DNA from: Desulfotalea psychrophila LSv54
Lineage (GTDB): Bacteria > Desulfobacterota > Desulfobulbia > Desulfobulbales > Desulfocapsaceae
DNA length: 32,000 bases
Direction of reading: 5' to 3'
NCBI RefSeq assembly: GCF_000025945.1
Contig: NC_006138.1
Location: forward strand, 3,120,001 to 3,152,000
Under the pieces are notes generated by a model. It was not told the origin of the DNA. It was given only the letters and a program-made list of their open reading frames with translations, and searched no databases. Position numbers and translations under genes: made by a program. Shown here piece after piece: positions 7,966 to 17,360 of the stretch (positions are counted from its first letter, which is position 1; every line of letters begins with the position of its first letter).

Positions 7966-8646
7966 TTAATGTCCTGCCTGCCCGTAAAGTTGCCACGCAG
8001 TTCCATATAAATCCAGCAATCGCCTCTCAAAAAGCAGACGCCAATGCTCAAGTTCCTCTCCCGTCAGTTTAGCTGGCACATAGAGAGGCTCCCCATAAAA
8101 GAAATCCACTCTACTAAAGGGCCTGGGCAGAGCCATCCGGTCCCAGGAGTTAAAGACAATATAACTCGATGCCGACCAGGCAAGGGGCAACATGGGCGCC
8201 CCCGTCCTTGAGGCAATGAGAACCCCACCCGACTGCACCTTCAGAGCCGGACCCTGGGAGCCATCGGCAACAATTCCAGCACTCCCTCCGTTTTTCACAT
8301 CTCGTAACACGTGTTTCAGGGCACGCATACCACCAGAATTATGCGAACCACGGGCAGTTTTATAGCCCAACAGTTCCGCCAAGCTGGCAATATAATCACC
8401 GTCGGAGCTGGCACTGACCATCACCGTTGCCGAGTCGTTACGGAGCTGAGAGAGGATAAACAAAATAGAGTAATGCCAAAAAAGACCCACCACATTTTGC
8501 CCACTATCAAGGCTTGTTTCTCGGTATTGACTGCCATGCACCTTCACCCGACAGGTGGCAAACCACAGTCGCAAGAGCCAGGAGGCAAGTTTGGGCACAC
8601 AGTATTTGACTATCCTCTTCGACAATTTTTCTTTCTCTTCTCTCAC
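7966..8646 (-). CDS. DUF374-domain, lysophospholipid-acyltransferase-like protein
   Basis: 226 aa with FWHYSILF, MVSASSDGDYIA, ARGSHNSGG, GIVADGSQGP and the ASRTGAPMLPL pattern remembered for the DUF374/LPLAT family. The GTG start overlaps the uvrB stop by 1 nt (TAGTG). Confidence 0.7.
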   Translation of the reverse strand: MREEKEKLSKRIVKYCVPKLASWLLRLWFATCRVKVHGSQYRETSLDSGQNVVGLFWHYSILFILSQLRNDSATVMVSASSDGDYIASLAELLGYKTARGSHNSGGMRALKHVLRDVKNGGSAGIVADGSQGPALKVQSGGVLIASRTGAPMLPLAWSASSYIVFNSWDRMALPRPFSRVDFFYGEPLYVPAKLTGEELEHWRLLFERRLLDLYGTAWQLYGQAGH

Positions 8647-10664
8647 TAGCCTATCTCCAACTCTAAACGTCGCAGAGCCTTTATCTGATCACGTAGGGCT
8701 GCTGCCTCTTCAAAGGCCAGATCGGCCGCAGCCTGTTGCATCTCTTTTTCAAGTTTGCCTATCTCTTTTTCCAGCTCCTGCATACTGGCATAAACCGGTA
8801 GATCCTCAGCCATCTTGGCAGTTTTTCCATCATAATTATCAGCCTGATATCCCGTCTGCCTAAGATGGCGTTGCAGGGTATCCTTCACCGGCGAGATAAT
8901 AGTTTGAGGAACAATACCATGTTCTCTATTATAGGCCTCCTGTATTTTTCGCCTACGCTCGGTCTCGGCAATGGTATACGCCATGGAGCCGGTGATACGA
9001 TCGGCATACATAATAACAGTACCATTAACATTACGGGCGGCTCGACCACAGGTCTGCACCAGAGAGCGTTCTGAACGCAAAAAGCCCTCCTTATCGGCAT
9101 CAAGAATGGCCACCAAAGAGACCTCCGGTATATCAAGACCTTCCCGCAGGAGATTGATGCCCACCAAGACATTGTACTCCCCCTTGCGCAGAGATTGAAT
9201 CAACTCCATACGCTGCAGGGTCTTCACATCTGAATGAAGATAACGGACCTTAATACCCAACTGTTCATAGTATTCGGTGAGATCTTCAGCCATACGCTTG
9301 GTCAGAGTGGTAACCAGCACCGCCTCGTCCCGCTCAGTGCGAAGCCGGATCTCTTCCAGTAGATCATCCACCTGGCTGCTAGCAGGACGCACCTCAATTT
9401 TCGGATCAAGCAGACCCGTGGGACGAATCACCTGCTCCACCACCACCCCATGCGATTGCTCCAGTTCATAGGGGCCGGGAGTTGCGGAAACATAGATTGC
9501 CTGATGAATTCGCTCGGTAAACTCCTGAAAGCGCAGAGGTCGATTATCAAGGGCCGAAGGTAGGCGGAAGCCATATTTAACCAAGGTCTCCTTACGAGAG
9601 CGATCGCCATTGTACATGCCGTTGAGCTGACCAATACCAATATGACTCTCATCAATGAGAAGAAGAAAATCATCGGGGAAATAATCCAGCAGGTTCGGCG
9701 GTGGAGCGCCTGCCTCCTTCCCGGTCAGATGGCGACTGTAATTTTCAATCCCCGTGCAGTACCCCAGCTCTGTCATCATCTCCAGATCAAACATGGTACG
9801 CTGTTCAATTCTCTGCGCCTCCACCAAACGGTGTTCTCGCTGAAAATAGTCCAATCGCTCCTTCAGCTCTTTTTTAATCTCCTCGGTAGCCACCTGCAGA
9901 CGATCCTTTGAGGTAACAAAGTGGCTACCGGGAAAGATCGTATATTCAGCCAATTCCTCCAGAGTCTTCCCCCGCAGAGGATCAATAAGAGAAATTTTTT
10001 CAAGGGTATCACCAAAGAACTCCAGACGGATTGCCCTCTCCTCCTCATGAACGGGAAATATATCAACCACATCACCACGCACCCGGAAGGTTCCTCGATG
10101 AAAGGAGGTATCATTACGCTCATACTGCATAAAGACAAGCCGACGCTGAATCTTCTCCATGGCATAATCTTTATCGCGCTCGAGAAGAAGATGCATATTC
10201 TTATACTCATCAGGTGAGCCAAGACCATAGATACAGGATACAGAGGCCACAATCAATACATCACGACGGGTAAGCAGGGATCTGGTTGCCGAGTGACGCA
10301 TCTTATCAATGGCATCATTTATTGATGAGTCCTTTTCAATATAGCTATCCGAGGCAGGAATATAGGCCTCTGGCTGATAGTAATCATAGTAGGAGACAAA
10401 ATATTCGACGGCGTTATGAGGAAAAAGCTCCTTAAACTCAGCAAAGAGTTGCCCGGCCAGAGTCTTGTTGGGGGCTATCACCAAAGCTGGCCGCTGGAGC
10501 TCTGCCACCACATTGGCCAGGGTAAAGGTCTTGCCTGAGCCGGTTACCCCCAGTAAGACCTGATCACAATCACCACGACGTACACCCGCCACCAGTTCCT
10601 CGATGGCTTTTGGCTGATCACCAGAGGGTGTATACGGGGAAACAAGTTGAAAAGGAGTATCCAT
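8646..10664 (-). CDS. uvrB: excinuclease ABC subunit B
   Basis: From the internal ATG 10664, [25 protein letters not shown]...[12 protein letters not shown] is collinear with E. coli UvrB. It has helicase motifs and the C-terminal UVR domain ([16 protein letters not shown]). The 34-codon upstream extension in the ORF track is not conserved-looking. Confidence 0.95.
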   Translation of the reverse strand: MDTPFQLVSPYTPSGDQPKAIEELVAGVRRGDCDQVLLGVTGSGKTFTLANVVAELQRPALVIAPNKTLAGQLFAEFKELFPHNAVEYFVSYYDYYQPEAYIPASDSYIEKDSSINDAIDKMRHSATRSLLTRRDVLIVASVSCIYGLGSPDEYKNMHLLLERDKDYAMEKIQRRLVFMQYERNDTSFHRGTFRVRGDVVDIFPVHEEERAIRLEFFGDTLEKISLIDPLRGKTLEELAEYTIFPGSHFVTSKDRLQVATEEIKKELKERLDYFQREHRLVEAQRIEQRTMFDLEMMTELGYCTGIENYSRHLTGKEAGAPPPNLLDYFPDDFLLLIDESHIGIGQLNGMYNGDRSRKETLVKYGFRLPSALDNRPLRFQEFTERIHQAIYVSATPGPYELEQSHGVVVEQVIRPTGLLDPKIEVRPASSQVDDLLEEIRLRTERDEAVLVTTLTKRMAEDLTEYYEQLGIKVRYLHSDVKTLQRMELIQSLRKGEYNVLVGINLLREGLDIPEVSLVAILDADKEGFLRSERSLVQTCGRAARNVNGTVIMYADRITGSMAYTIAETERRRKIQEAYNREHGIVPQTIISPVKDTLQRHLRQTGYQADNYDGKTAKMAEDLPVYASMQELEKEIGKLEKEMQQAAADLAFEEAAALRDQIKALRRLELEIG

Positions 10665-10768
10665 AAAAATCCCGAATATAGAGTTTAATACAATCCACCG
10701 CCTTGCACGATAGTCACTTGCAGGAGGCAAGGCAATAGCCAAAAACAAAGACCCATTATGAGACATCC

Positions 10769-11278
10769 ATGCCTAAAGATATATCCATTCCTATCTCCTC
10801 CCAGCTCAACCGAATCAGCCTTTTCCTACCCATTTTTCTATTCTGCCTGATAAGCGATCAGTCCACAAAGCTTTGGGCCCAAAAGGTTCTATCGGGAGGG
10901 GAAATAGTCGAACTCTTCGGCGGCCATCTTCGCCTATCCTACATAGAAAACCCCTACGGATTTCTAGGGATACTGACCCATCTGCCGGCAGGCATCCGTG
11001 AATTCCTCCTTCTTGGAGGGGTAACCCTAGCCCTGGCACTAAGCTGCTGGTTCTGTTTTTACCGGAGAACTATCGCAGGGAAGGCACTTGTTTTTTGGGC
11101 AATGCTCCTGGCCGGAGGCTTCTCCAATCTGCTTGACAGACTCATACAGGAGATTGGGGTAGTCGATTTTATCAGTTTCTCCTGGGGGAGCTCCCACACG
11201 GGCCAGTGCAATCTAGCCGATATCTATATACTGTTAGGTGGCTTCTGTCTGGGTTTTCTCCTAGCCAGGAAGATCTAA
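10769..11278 (+). CDS. lspA: lipoprotein signal peptidase (signal peptidase II)
   Basis: 169 aa with [34 protein letters not shown] and CNLADIYIL. These correspond to the conserved LspA boxes (DQxxK, NxGxAF, GNxxDR, VxDF, FNxAD). Confidence 0.8.
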   Translation: MPKDISIPISSQLNRISLFLPIFLFCLISDQSTKLWAQKVLSGGEIVELFGGHLRLSYIENPYGFLGILTHLPAGIREFLLLGGVTLALALSCWFCFYRRTIAGKALVFWAMLLAGGFSNLLDRLIQEIGVVDFISFSWGSSHTGQCNLADIYILLGGFCLGFLLARKI

Positions 11279-11468
11279 ACAGGCAAAGAGGACATCTCCC
11301 CTATGATTATTCTCCTTCCGCACCATTTTATTGCCATAAAACTTGTTTTTCACACAAAAAAACGATGAATCTTTTTTAGCAGTGCTTTTTTAATATTTTT
11401 ATGACATAGTCCAGATAGAATTTTTTACAAGGGCGTTTTGCCCAAGCACAAATATAATGGAGTTAGAT

Positions 11469-12596
11469 ATGCTTAAGGTTGGATTCATTGGCTGGCGTGG
11501 AATGGTGGGCTCTGTCCTGATGGAGAGGATGCGTGATGAAGGAGATTTTGGTAGTTACGAGGCCGTTTTTTTTACCACATCCCAGACTGGCCAACCAGGA
11601 CCCGATGTAGGCGCAGGTGCCAAGCCACTCGAAAATGCAATGGATCTCGATAAACTTGCCGAAATGGACATCATCCTCTCCTGTCAGGGGGGAGACTATA
11701 CCACCGCAGTTTATGAAAAGTTACGCAGCAGATGGCAGGGATATTGGATTGATGCAGCCTCCACCCTCCGCATGAAAGATGATGCCATCATCGTTCTTGA
11801 TCCTGTAAATCGGGAGGTTATCGATAAGGGCTTGGTAGACGGAGTGAAAAACTATGTGGGCGGTAACTGTACCGTCTCTCTTATGCTGATGGCCCTGGGC
11901 GGCCTCTTTGAAAACAACCTCGTCGAATGGGCAACCTCCATGACCTACCAGTCCGCAAGTGGGGCAGGAGCAAAAAACATGCGCGAGCTCCTCACCCAGA
12001 TGGGTGAGCTTCAGGGCGAGGTAAAGGATCTTCTGGCCAATCCATCTTCAGCCATCCTTGATATTGACAAGGCCGTCACCGCCAAACTCAACGACGGCAC
12101 CCTCACCACAGATAACTGGGGGGCACCTCTGGCGGCATCTCTTCTCCCATGGATTGATGTGGCCGTGGCAGATGGACAGACCAGGGAAGAGTGGAAGGGA
12201 ATTGCTGAAACCAACAAGATTCTTGGTAACAGCGCCCAGGCAGAAAATATCGTACCCATCGATGGTCAATGCGTACGCGTCGGTTCCATGCGCTGCCACT
12301 CCCAGGCATTTACCATTAAACTGAAGAAGGCCCTGCCCCTGGAAGAGATCGAACGAATCATCGGCGAACATAACCCATGGGTTCAGGTCATTGCCAACGA
12401 ACGTGAAGCCACCTGCTGCGAGCTCACTCCGGCTAAGGTCTCCGGCACCCTCAATATTCCCGTGGGAAGGATTCGTCACATGAACATGGGTCCCGAATAC
12501 TTGACGGCCTTTACCGTGGGAGATCAACTTCTCTGGGGTGCAGCAGAGCCGGTACGCAGAATGTTGAATATCGTCCTGCAACACTGCGCAAAATAA
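11469..12596 (+). CDS. asd: aspartate-semialdehyde dehydrogenase (E. coli-type long form)
   Basis: [18 protein letters not shown]...CQGGDYT...[22 protein letters not shown]...[11 protein letters not shown]...REEWKG.AETNKIL...[13 protein letters not shown]...[14 protein letters not shown] is nearly collinear with E. coli Asd. ATG 11469 has GGAG 6 nt upstream; ATG 11457 is an alternative start. Confidence 0.92.
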   Translation: MLKVGFIGWRGMVGSVLMERMRDEGDFGSYEAVFFTTSQTGQPGPDVGAGAKPLENAMDLDKLAEMDIILSCQGGDYTTAVYEKLRSRWQGYWIDAASTLRMKDDAIIVLDPVNREVIDKGLVDGVKNYVGGNCTVSLMLMALGGLFENNLVEWATSMTYQSASGAGAKNMRELLTQMGELQGEVKDLLANPSSAILDIDKAVTAKLNDGTLTTDNWGAPLAASLLPWIDVAVADGQTREEWKGIAETNKILGNSAQAENIVPIDGQCVRVGSMRCHSQAFTIKLKKALPLEEIERIIGEHNPWVQVIANEREATCCELTPAKVSGTLNIPVGRIRHMNMGPEYLTAFTVGDQLLWGAAEPVRRMLNIVLQHCAK

Positions 12597-12632
12597 GCCC
12601 AGCAAGATCTCGCCTAGCAATCACCGCCACAA

Positions 12633-12662
12633 ACAGAGCCTTCAGCAGGTTGAAGGCTCTGT
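12633..12662. terminator. perfect 12-bp stem hairpin between convergent asd and leuA
   Basis: ACAGAGCCTTCA-gcaggt-TGAAGGCTCTGT. It lies 37 nt after the asd stop. The U-tract is weak on the + strand, and the - strand has TTTGTGG. Confidence 0.5.
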
Positions 12663-12722
12663 CTCCTGCAATTTTCCTACAGGGTGACTTGCAAATTAAG
12701 ACTTTTCAATAAAGATCAAGGC

Positions 12723-12781
12723 GCATGAAAAATTTTACCACAGACATATATACGATATTTCGAGGATAAAATTTTTCATGC
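12723..12781. repeat. perfect 15-bp AT-rich inverted repeat with 29-nt spacer
   Basis: GCATGAAAAATTTTA (12723-12737) and TAAAATTTTTCATGC (12767-12781) are exact reverse complements. The element is located 41 nt downstream of the leuA stop. Confidence 0.85.
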
Positions 12782-12821
12782 AACGCAGAGACTTGAAGAA
12801 AAGACTATTTTTCAAGGTTCC

Positions 12822-14501
12822 CTACAGTCTGTTCAAGCAGCTCAGTACAGCCTTGATAGAGGCGATAATAATATCGGTGTCAACGCCTACCCCCCAGCGT
12901 CGCGTATTGCTACTATTCATCTCAATTTCTACATAGGCTGCCGCCTGGGCACTGGAACCACCCTTAAGGGCATGCTCGTGATAACTATGGAGGTGAAATT
13001 CCTCTGGCAGCAACTTATTCACCGCTGCACAAAAGGCATCTACGGGACCATTACCATTAGCCCAGATCATCTGCTCCTCACCATTCACCAACAGGGTCGC
13101 CACCACCTCGGCACTGGATTTCTCCGCATCCTCATCCACATGACGCTTCACCACCTGAAAATCTTTCAGCCTATAGGCTGCCTGGCGACTGAGATACTCT
13201 TCCTCAAAGGCCGAGAAGATCTCAGGATAGCGTAGCTCCCGACCCTCTTTCTCGGTAACGGCCTGAACAACATTACCAAACTCTGGGCGCATGGCCTTGG
13301 GCAACTTATAGCCATATTCCTGATCCATAATATAGGCAACACCGCCCTTACCCGATTGACTGTTGATACGAATAATGGATTCATAACTACGTCCGACATC
13401 CGTTGGGTCAATGGGCAAATATGGCACCTGCCACAGATCAGCACCTGCCTCTCGATACATATTTATGCCCTTGTTAATGGCATCCTGATGAGATCCTGAG
13501 AAAGCGGTATAGACCAGTTCACCAGCATAGGGATGACGAGGATGGACCTCAAGATTCGTCACCTCCTGATAGACCTCAATCAGTCCATTAATATCACTAA
13601 AATCAATCTTAGGGTCAACCCCCTGCGTAAAGAGGTTGAGCCCCAGGGTAACCAAATCCACATTACCTGTGCGCTCACCATTACCAAAAAGCGTTCCCTC
13701 AACACGATCACCACCTGCCATCAGGCCAAGCTCCGTGGCCGCCACGGCACAACCACGATCATTATGGGCATGAAGACTGATAAGCACAGCATCCCGACAG
13801 GAGACATTGCGACAAAACCACTCTATCTGATCGGCATAGACATTCGGCGTTGACATCTCTACCGTTGCCGGAAGATTAATAATCACCTTATTCCCAGATG
13901 TTGGCTGCCAAACGGCAAGTACAGCTTCACAGATTTCCAGGGCGTAATCAAGCTCTGTACCGGTAAAGCTTTCAGGCGAATATTCATAGCGAAATTCTGT
14001 TGCAGGATATTTTAAAGCCTCTGCCTGAACGAGCCTTGCCCCCTCTATGGCAAGATCCACAATTTCGCCACGACTTTTAGCAAAAACGACCTTGCGTTGA
14101 AGGGTTGAGGTGGAATTATAGAGATGAATAATGGCCTTTTTCGCACCACGCAGGGCCTCAAAGGTCTTAACGATGAGATGTTCACGGGCCTGAGTAAGCA
14201 CCTGAATCGTCACATCCTCTGGAATAAGATTGTCATCTATAAGTTTTCGGCAAAATTGATACTCCACCTCTGAGGCTGAGGGGAAGCCCACCTCTATCTC
14301 TTTAAAGCCAATATCCACCAAGAGCTTAAACATACGCACCTTCTGCTCAAGGTTCATGGGCTGAATAAGAGCCTGATTACCATCACGCAGGTCAACACTG
14401 CACCAGGCTGGGGCCTTCTCAATGGTTTTTGTGGGCCATACACGATCGGACAAACCGACGGCAGGATATGGCTTATACTTCTGTAATTGTATACTTTTCA
14501 T
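12822..14501 (-). CDS. leuA: 2-isopropylmalate synthase, long (LeuA type 2 / actinobacterial-like) form
   Basis: From ATG 14501 (GGAGAA RBS): MKSIQLQKYKPYPAVGLSDRVWP...WCSVDLRDGNQAL..PM, then HAHNDRGCAVA and a C-terminal regulatory domain. The TTG-extended start at 14519 is rejected. Confidence 0.92.
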   Translation of the reverse strand: MKSIQLQKYKPYPAVGLSDRVWPTKTIEKAPAWCSVDLRDGNQALIQPMNLEQKVRMFKLLVDIGFKEIEVGFPSASEVEYQFCRKLIDDNLIPEDVTIQVLTQAREHLIVKTFEALRGAKKAIIHLYNSTSTLQRKVVFAKSRGEIVDLAIEGARLVQAEALKYPATEFRYEYSPESFTGTELDYALEICEAVLAVWQPTSGNKVIINLPATVEMSTPNVYADQIEWFCRNVSCRDAVLISLHAHNDRGCAVAATELGLMAGGDRVEGTLFGNGERTGNVDLVTLGLNLFTQGVDPKIDFSDINGLIEVYQEVTNLEVHPRHPYAGELVYTAFSGSHQDAINKGINMYREAGADLWQVPYLPIDPTDVGRSYESIIRINSQSGKGGVAYIMDQEYGYKLPKAMRPEFGNVVQAVTEKEGRELRYPEIFSAFEEEYLSRQAAYRLKDFQVVKRHVDEDAEKSSAEVVATLLVNGEEQMIWANGNGPVDAFCAAVNKLLPEEFHLHSYHEHALKGGSSAQAAAYVEIEMNSSNTRRWGVGVDTDIIIASIKAVLSCLNRL

Positions 14502-14528
14502 GCTTTCTCCTTTTGGCAATCCCGTAAC

Positions 14529-14561
14529 AAAAAAAAAGGCCCCGGTTTTTCAACCGCGGCC
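14529..14561 (-). terminator. attenuator terminator in the leuA leader
   Basis: Minus strand reads GGCCGCGG-TTGAAAAA-CCGGGGCC (7 of 8 bp paired) followed by T9, ending 27 nt before the leuA ATG. Confidence 0.65.
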
Positions 14562-14593
14562 TTTAGATCAACTTATATAGTAGACAAACAAAA

Positions 14594-14671
14594 CTAATAA
14601 ATTTCTCTCCAGACCGCGCAAGGGCGGAGCAATAATAGGCATGCTAGTAGGAGGAGAGAGATAAAGTTCAT
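14594..14671 (-). CDS. leucine-rich leader peptide (leuL-like), 25 codons
   Basis: My translation of the minus strand is ATG AAC TTT ATC TCT CTC CTC CTA CTA GCA TGC CTA TTA TTG CTC CGC CCT TGC GCG GTC TGG AGA GAA ATT TAT TAG. This gives MNFISLLLLACLLLLRPCAVWREIY*. It has eight Leu in two runs of four, and it sits 32 nt upstream of the terminator hairpin. Confidence 0.6.
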   Translation of the reverse strand: MNFISLLLLACLLLLRPCAVWREIY

Positions 14672-14926
14672 TTTCACAGCTCTTGTTTAATAATCTTATT
14701 AATTAACAGCAAACGACAGGGGCAATTTGTTTGCCTAAGCCCAACAACAGGCTAAGAAAATACAGCTTAAACCCTCCTAACCATTATTGTCAAGCCTGTT
14801 TATCTGAAAAAACCGACAAATAGCCCATCCACTATAGACAAAATCATTTTTCCCCTCTAAAAACTATTTATTCTTTCGCCCTGCCCCCTCTAAAAATGAC
14901 ATTCGTTCTGTTTATGCCTTCTAATA

Positions 14927-14955
14927 TTGACAGAGCCACCTACTCCATATATACT
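14927..14955 (+). promoter_or_regulatory. candidate sigma70-type promoter for ilvBN
   Basis: TTGACA (14927-14932), a 17-nt spacer and TATACT (14950-14955), about 107 nt upstream of the ilvB ATG. Confidence 0.4.
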
Positions 14956-15061
14956 TTGTTGTTCCAGCTTTAAATATGGCAATAAGAAAAACCACGAACT
15001 CCATAGAGTTTTGGTTTTATGTACTAATGAAAATGTTTCAACTATTCAAGGGAATGGATTA

Positions 15062-16765
15062 ATGGGTAAAATAACCGGATCCCGGGCTATTGTACAATGT
15101 CTCAAAGAAGAAGGCGTTCAAACTATTTTTGGTTATCCCGGAGGAGCTGTCATTGATCTTTATGACGCCCTAATGGATAGCACTGACATTGAGCATGTTC
15201 TTGTCCGTCACGAGCAGGGCGCTGTTCATGCAGCCGATGCCTTTGCTCGAGTTACAGGTGAAGTTGGCGTTGCCCTGCTCACCTCTGGCCCTGGCGCCAC
15301 CAACGGCGTTACAGGTATCGCAACAGCATATCTTGACTCAATCCCACTTGTGGTACTCACAGGTCAAGTCCCCCGTGCCCTTATTGGCAACGATGCCTTT
15401 CAAGAAGTCGATATTGTTGGTATCACTCGCCCATGCACCAAGCATAACTACCTGGTGAGCAAGCCGGAAGACCTCGTCCCCGTACTGCGCGAGGCATTTC
15501 ATGTGGCCAAGACAGGACGACCTGGCCCCGTACTGGTTGATTTGCCAAAGGATATTCTCGCCACACTTATTGATTATCCACAAATTGCGCCTATCAAACT
15601 GGACAGCTACCAACCAAACTACAAGCCACATCAAGGCCAGATAACCAAGGCATGTAAGCTTCTCATGCAGGCAAAAAAGCCTGTCCTCTACGTGGGTGGT
15701 GGAGTTATTCTCTCCAACTCACACAAAGAGCTCTCTGCTCTGGCTGAAAAGTTACAGATACCTGTCACCATGACCTTAATGGGCCTCGGAGCATTTCCCG
15801 GGAGCCATGATCTCTCCATGGGCATGCTTGGTATGCACGGCAGCTATACCGCCAATATGGCCGTTGCCGAAAGCGACCTCCTCATTGCCGTGGGTGCCAG
15901 ATTTGATGACCGCGTGACTGGTAAACTTGAAGATTTTGCCAGCAAGGCAAAAATCATCCATGTGGATATCGATCCCACCTCCATCAGTAAAAATGTTAAG
16001 GTCGACGTACCCATTGTAGCCGATTGCCTCGCAGCTCTCACAGCCATCAACGACTGGCTTGAAAAGTGCCCTGAAGAGGAGATTGCAGAACGAAGGGACG
16101 CTCACAAACCATGGATCGACACCGTCCATAATTGGACCAAAGAACACCCCATGCGCTATAACTCTAACGGCAGTGAGATAAAGCCACAGTTTGTTGTCGA
16201 AACCATTGACCGACTGACCAAGGGGGAGGCTATTATCACCACCGAGGTAGGGCAAAATCAGATGTGGGCAGCCCAGTTCTACAAATTTAACCACCCCCGC
16301 CATTTTGTTACCTCAGGCGGCCTGGGAACCATGGGCTTTGGCCTGCCTGCTGCCATCGGCGCCCAAATGGCCTTTCCTGATAAAATAGTCATCGATATTG
16401 CAGGCGATGGTTCTATCCAGATGAACATCCAGGAGCTGGCCACAGCAAGACAAAACAACTGTAATGTTAAGATTGTTATTCTGAACAACGGCTATCTGGG
16501 CATGGTTCGTCAATGGCAGGAACTCTTTTACGATAAACGCTACGCCTCAACTGTAATGGATGTTGCCCCCGATTTTGTCAAACTCGCTGAGGCATACGGT
16601 GCAGTAGGGCTACGAGCCACCAAAAAAGAAGAGGTTGAATCTGTACTTGCCGAAGGTCTTGCCACCGACAATGTTGTTATTATGGAATTTTTAGTTGCTC
16701 CAGAGGAAGGGGTATACCCGATGGTTCCCGCAGGAAAAGCAAATACTGAAATGCTTCTTGTATAA
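15062..16765 (+). CDS. ilvB: acetolactate synthase (acetohydroxy-acid synthase) large subunit
   Basis: From ATG 15062, MGKITGSRAIVQCLKEEGVQTIFGYPGGAVIDLYDAL is collinear with IlvB/IlvI. It has the ThDP motif GGLGTMGFGLPAAIGA...GDGS.QMN.QEL. The upstream 45 codons in the track ORF begin at the TTG of the -35 box and are not supported. Confidence 0.92.
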   Translation: MGKITGSRAIVQCLKEEGVQTIFGYPGGAVIDLYDALMDSTDIEHVLVRHEQGAVHAADAFARVTGEVGVALLTSGPGATNGVTGIATAYLDSIPLVVLTGQVPRALIGNDAFQEVDIVGITRPCTKHNYLVSKPEDLVPVLREAFHVAKTGRPGPVLVDLPKDILATLIDYPQIAPIKLDSYQPNYKPHQGQITKACKLLMQAKKPVLYVGGGVILSNSHKELSALAEKLQIPVTMTLMGLGAFPGSHDLSMGMLGMHGSYTANMAVAESDLLIAVGARFDDRVTGKLEDFASKAKIIHVDIDPTSISKNVKVDVPIVADCLAALTAINDWLEKCPEEEIAERRDAHKPWIDTVHNWTKEHPMRYNSNGSEIKPQFVVETIDRLTKGEAIITTEVGQNQMWAAQFYKFNHPRHFVTSGGLGTMGFGLPAAIGAQMAFPDKIVIDIAGDGSIQMNIQELATARQNNCNVKIVILNNGYLGMVRQWQELFYDKRYASTVMDVAPDFVKLAEAYGAVGLRATKKEEVESVLAEGLATDNVVIMEFLVAPEEGVYPMVPAGKANTEMLLV

Positions 16766-16792
16766 CGGATATTTTTATTTTCAAAGGAAACG

Positions 16793-17281
16793 ATGATGAA
16801 ACATACAATTTCAGTACTTCTTCAAAACCAACCCGGTGTACTTTCACGGGTAACAGGACTCTTTAGTGGTCGTGGTTTTAATATTGAGAGCCTCTGTGTG
16901 GCCGAAACGCTTGACCCCAAGATATCCTGTCTTACCGTTGTCTCAAAGGGCGATGCAGCAATTATAGAACAAATAACCAAACAACTACATAAGCTCATTG
17001 ATGTTATTAAGGTAACTGACATCAGTGAACACGAGTATGTTGAACGGGAGATGGTCCTTATTAGAGTAAATGCAGAGGTACATACTCGAGCTGAGGTACT
17101 TCGTATCGTTGATATTTTTAGAGGAAAAGTTGTAGATGTCAGCGCAAAGAGCTATGCTATTGAAGTAACGGGTAATACCTCAAAGATACATGCGGTAACA
17201 GACCTGCTCCGTCCCCTTGGCATAAAAGAAATTGTCAGAACTGGCACCATCGCCATGGCTCGGGTAAATAAAAACAAGTAA
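16793..17281 (+). CDS. ilvN: acetolactate synthase small (regulatory, ACT-domain) subunit
   Basis: MMKHTISVLLQNQPGVLSRVTGLFSGRGFNIESL is the canonical IlvN/IlvH N-terminus. The gene starts 28 nt after ilvB, with an AAAGGAAA RBS. Confidence 0.92.
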   Translation: MMKHTISVLLQNQPGVLSRVTGLFSGRGFNIESLCVAETLDPKISCLTVVSKGDAAIIEQITKQLHKLIDVIKVTDISEHEYVEREMVLIRVNAEVHTRAEVLRIVDIFRGKVVDVSAKSYAIEVTGNTSKIHAVTDLLRPLGIKEIVRTGTIAMARVNKNK

Positions 17282-17360
17282 CAAAAAACAAAAGCGGTTA
17301 TAAAGAGGGCCATTGTATTGGCCCATAACAAAAAAAAATCGTTACAAATAGGTAAACAAA

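Noticed and set aside
10665-10766. Upstream extension of uvrB (start at 10766)
   Set aside because: Homology to UvrB starts at MDTPFQL..PSGDQP (ATG 10664). The extension would overlap the divergent promoter region.
11453-11458. Perfect TATAAT hexamer just upstream of asd as its -10 box
   Set aside because: There is no acceptable -35 at 16-18 nt spacing. It overlaps the alternative ATG and would leave only a ~5-nt leader, which conflicts with the GGAG RBS.
12048-12620. 190-aa minus-strand ORF (plus 12011..12259, 12103..12309)
   Set aside because: It is antisense to the unambiguous asd gene.
14896-14973. 25-codon + strand ORF MTFVLFMPSNIDRATYSIYTLLFQL* as an ilv (Val/Ile/Leu) leader peptide
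   Set aside because: It lies across or upstream of the predicted ilvBN promoter. It has no runs of regulatory codons, and no terminator follows it.
14927-15061. 45-codon N-terminal extension of ilvB
   Set aside because: Conserved IlvB sequence starts at MGKITG (15062). The proposed TTG start is the TTGACA -35 hexamer.
15776-16303. 175-aa minus-strand ORF and other antisense ORFs within ilvB
   Set aside because: They are antisense shadows of a strongly supported gene.
17307-17324. GGGCCA-ttgtat-TGGCCC hairpin between ilvN and psd as a terminator
   Set aside because: It is followed by an A-run, not a T-run, on the transcribed strand. It is more likely a weak stabilising hairpin, and ilvBN and psd-pssA may be co-transcribed.
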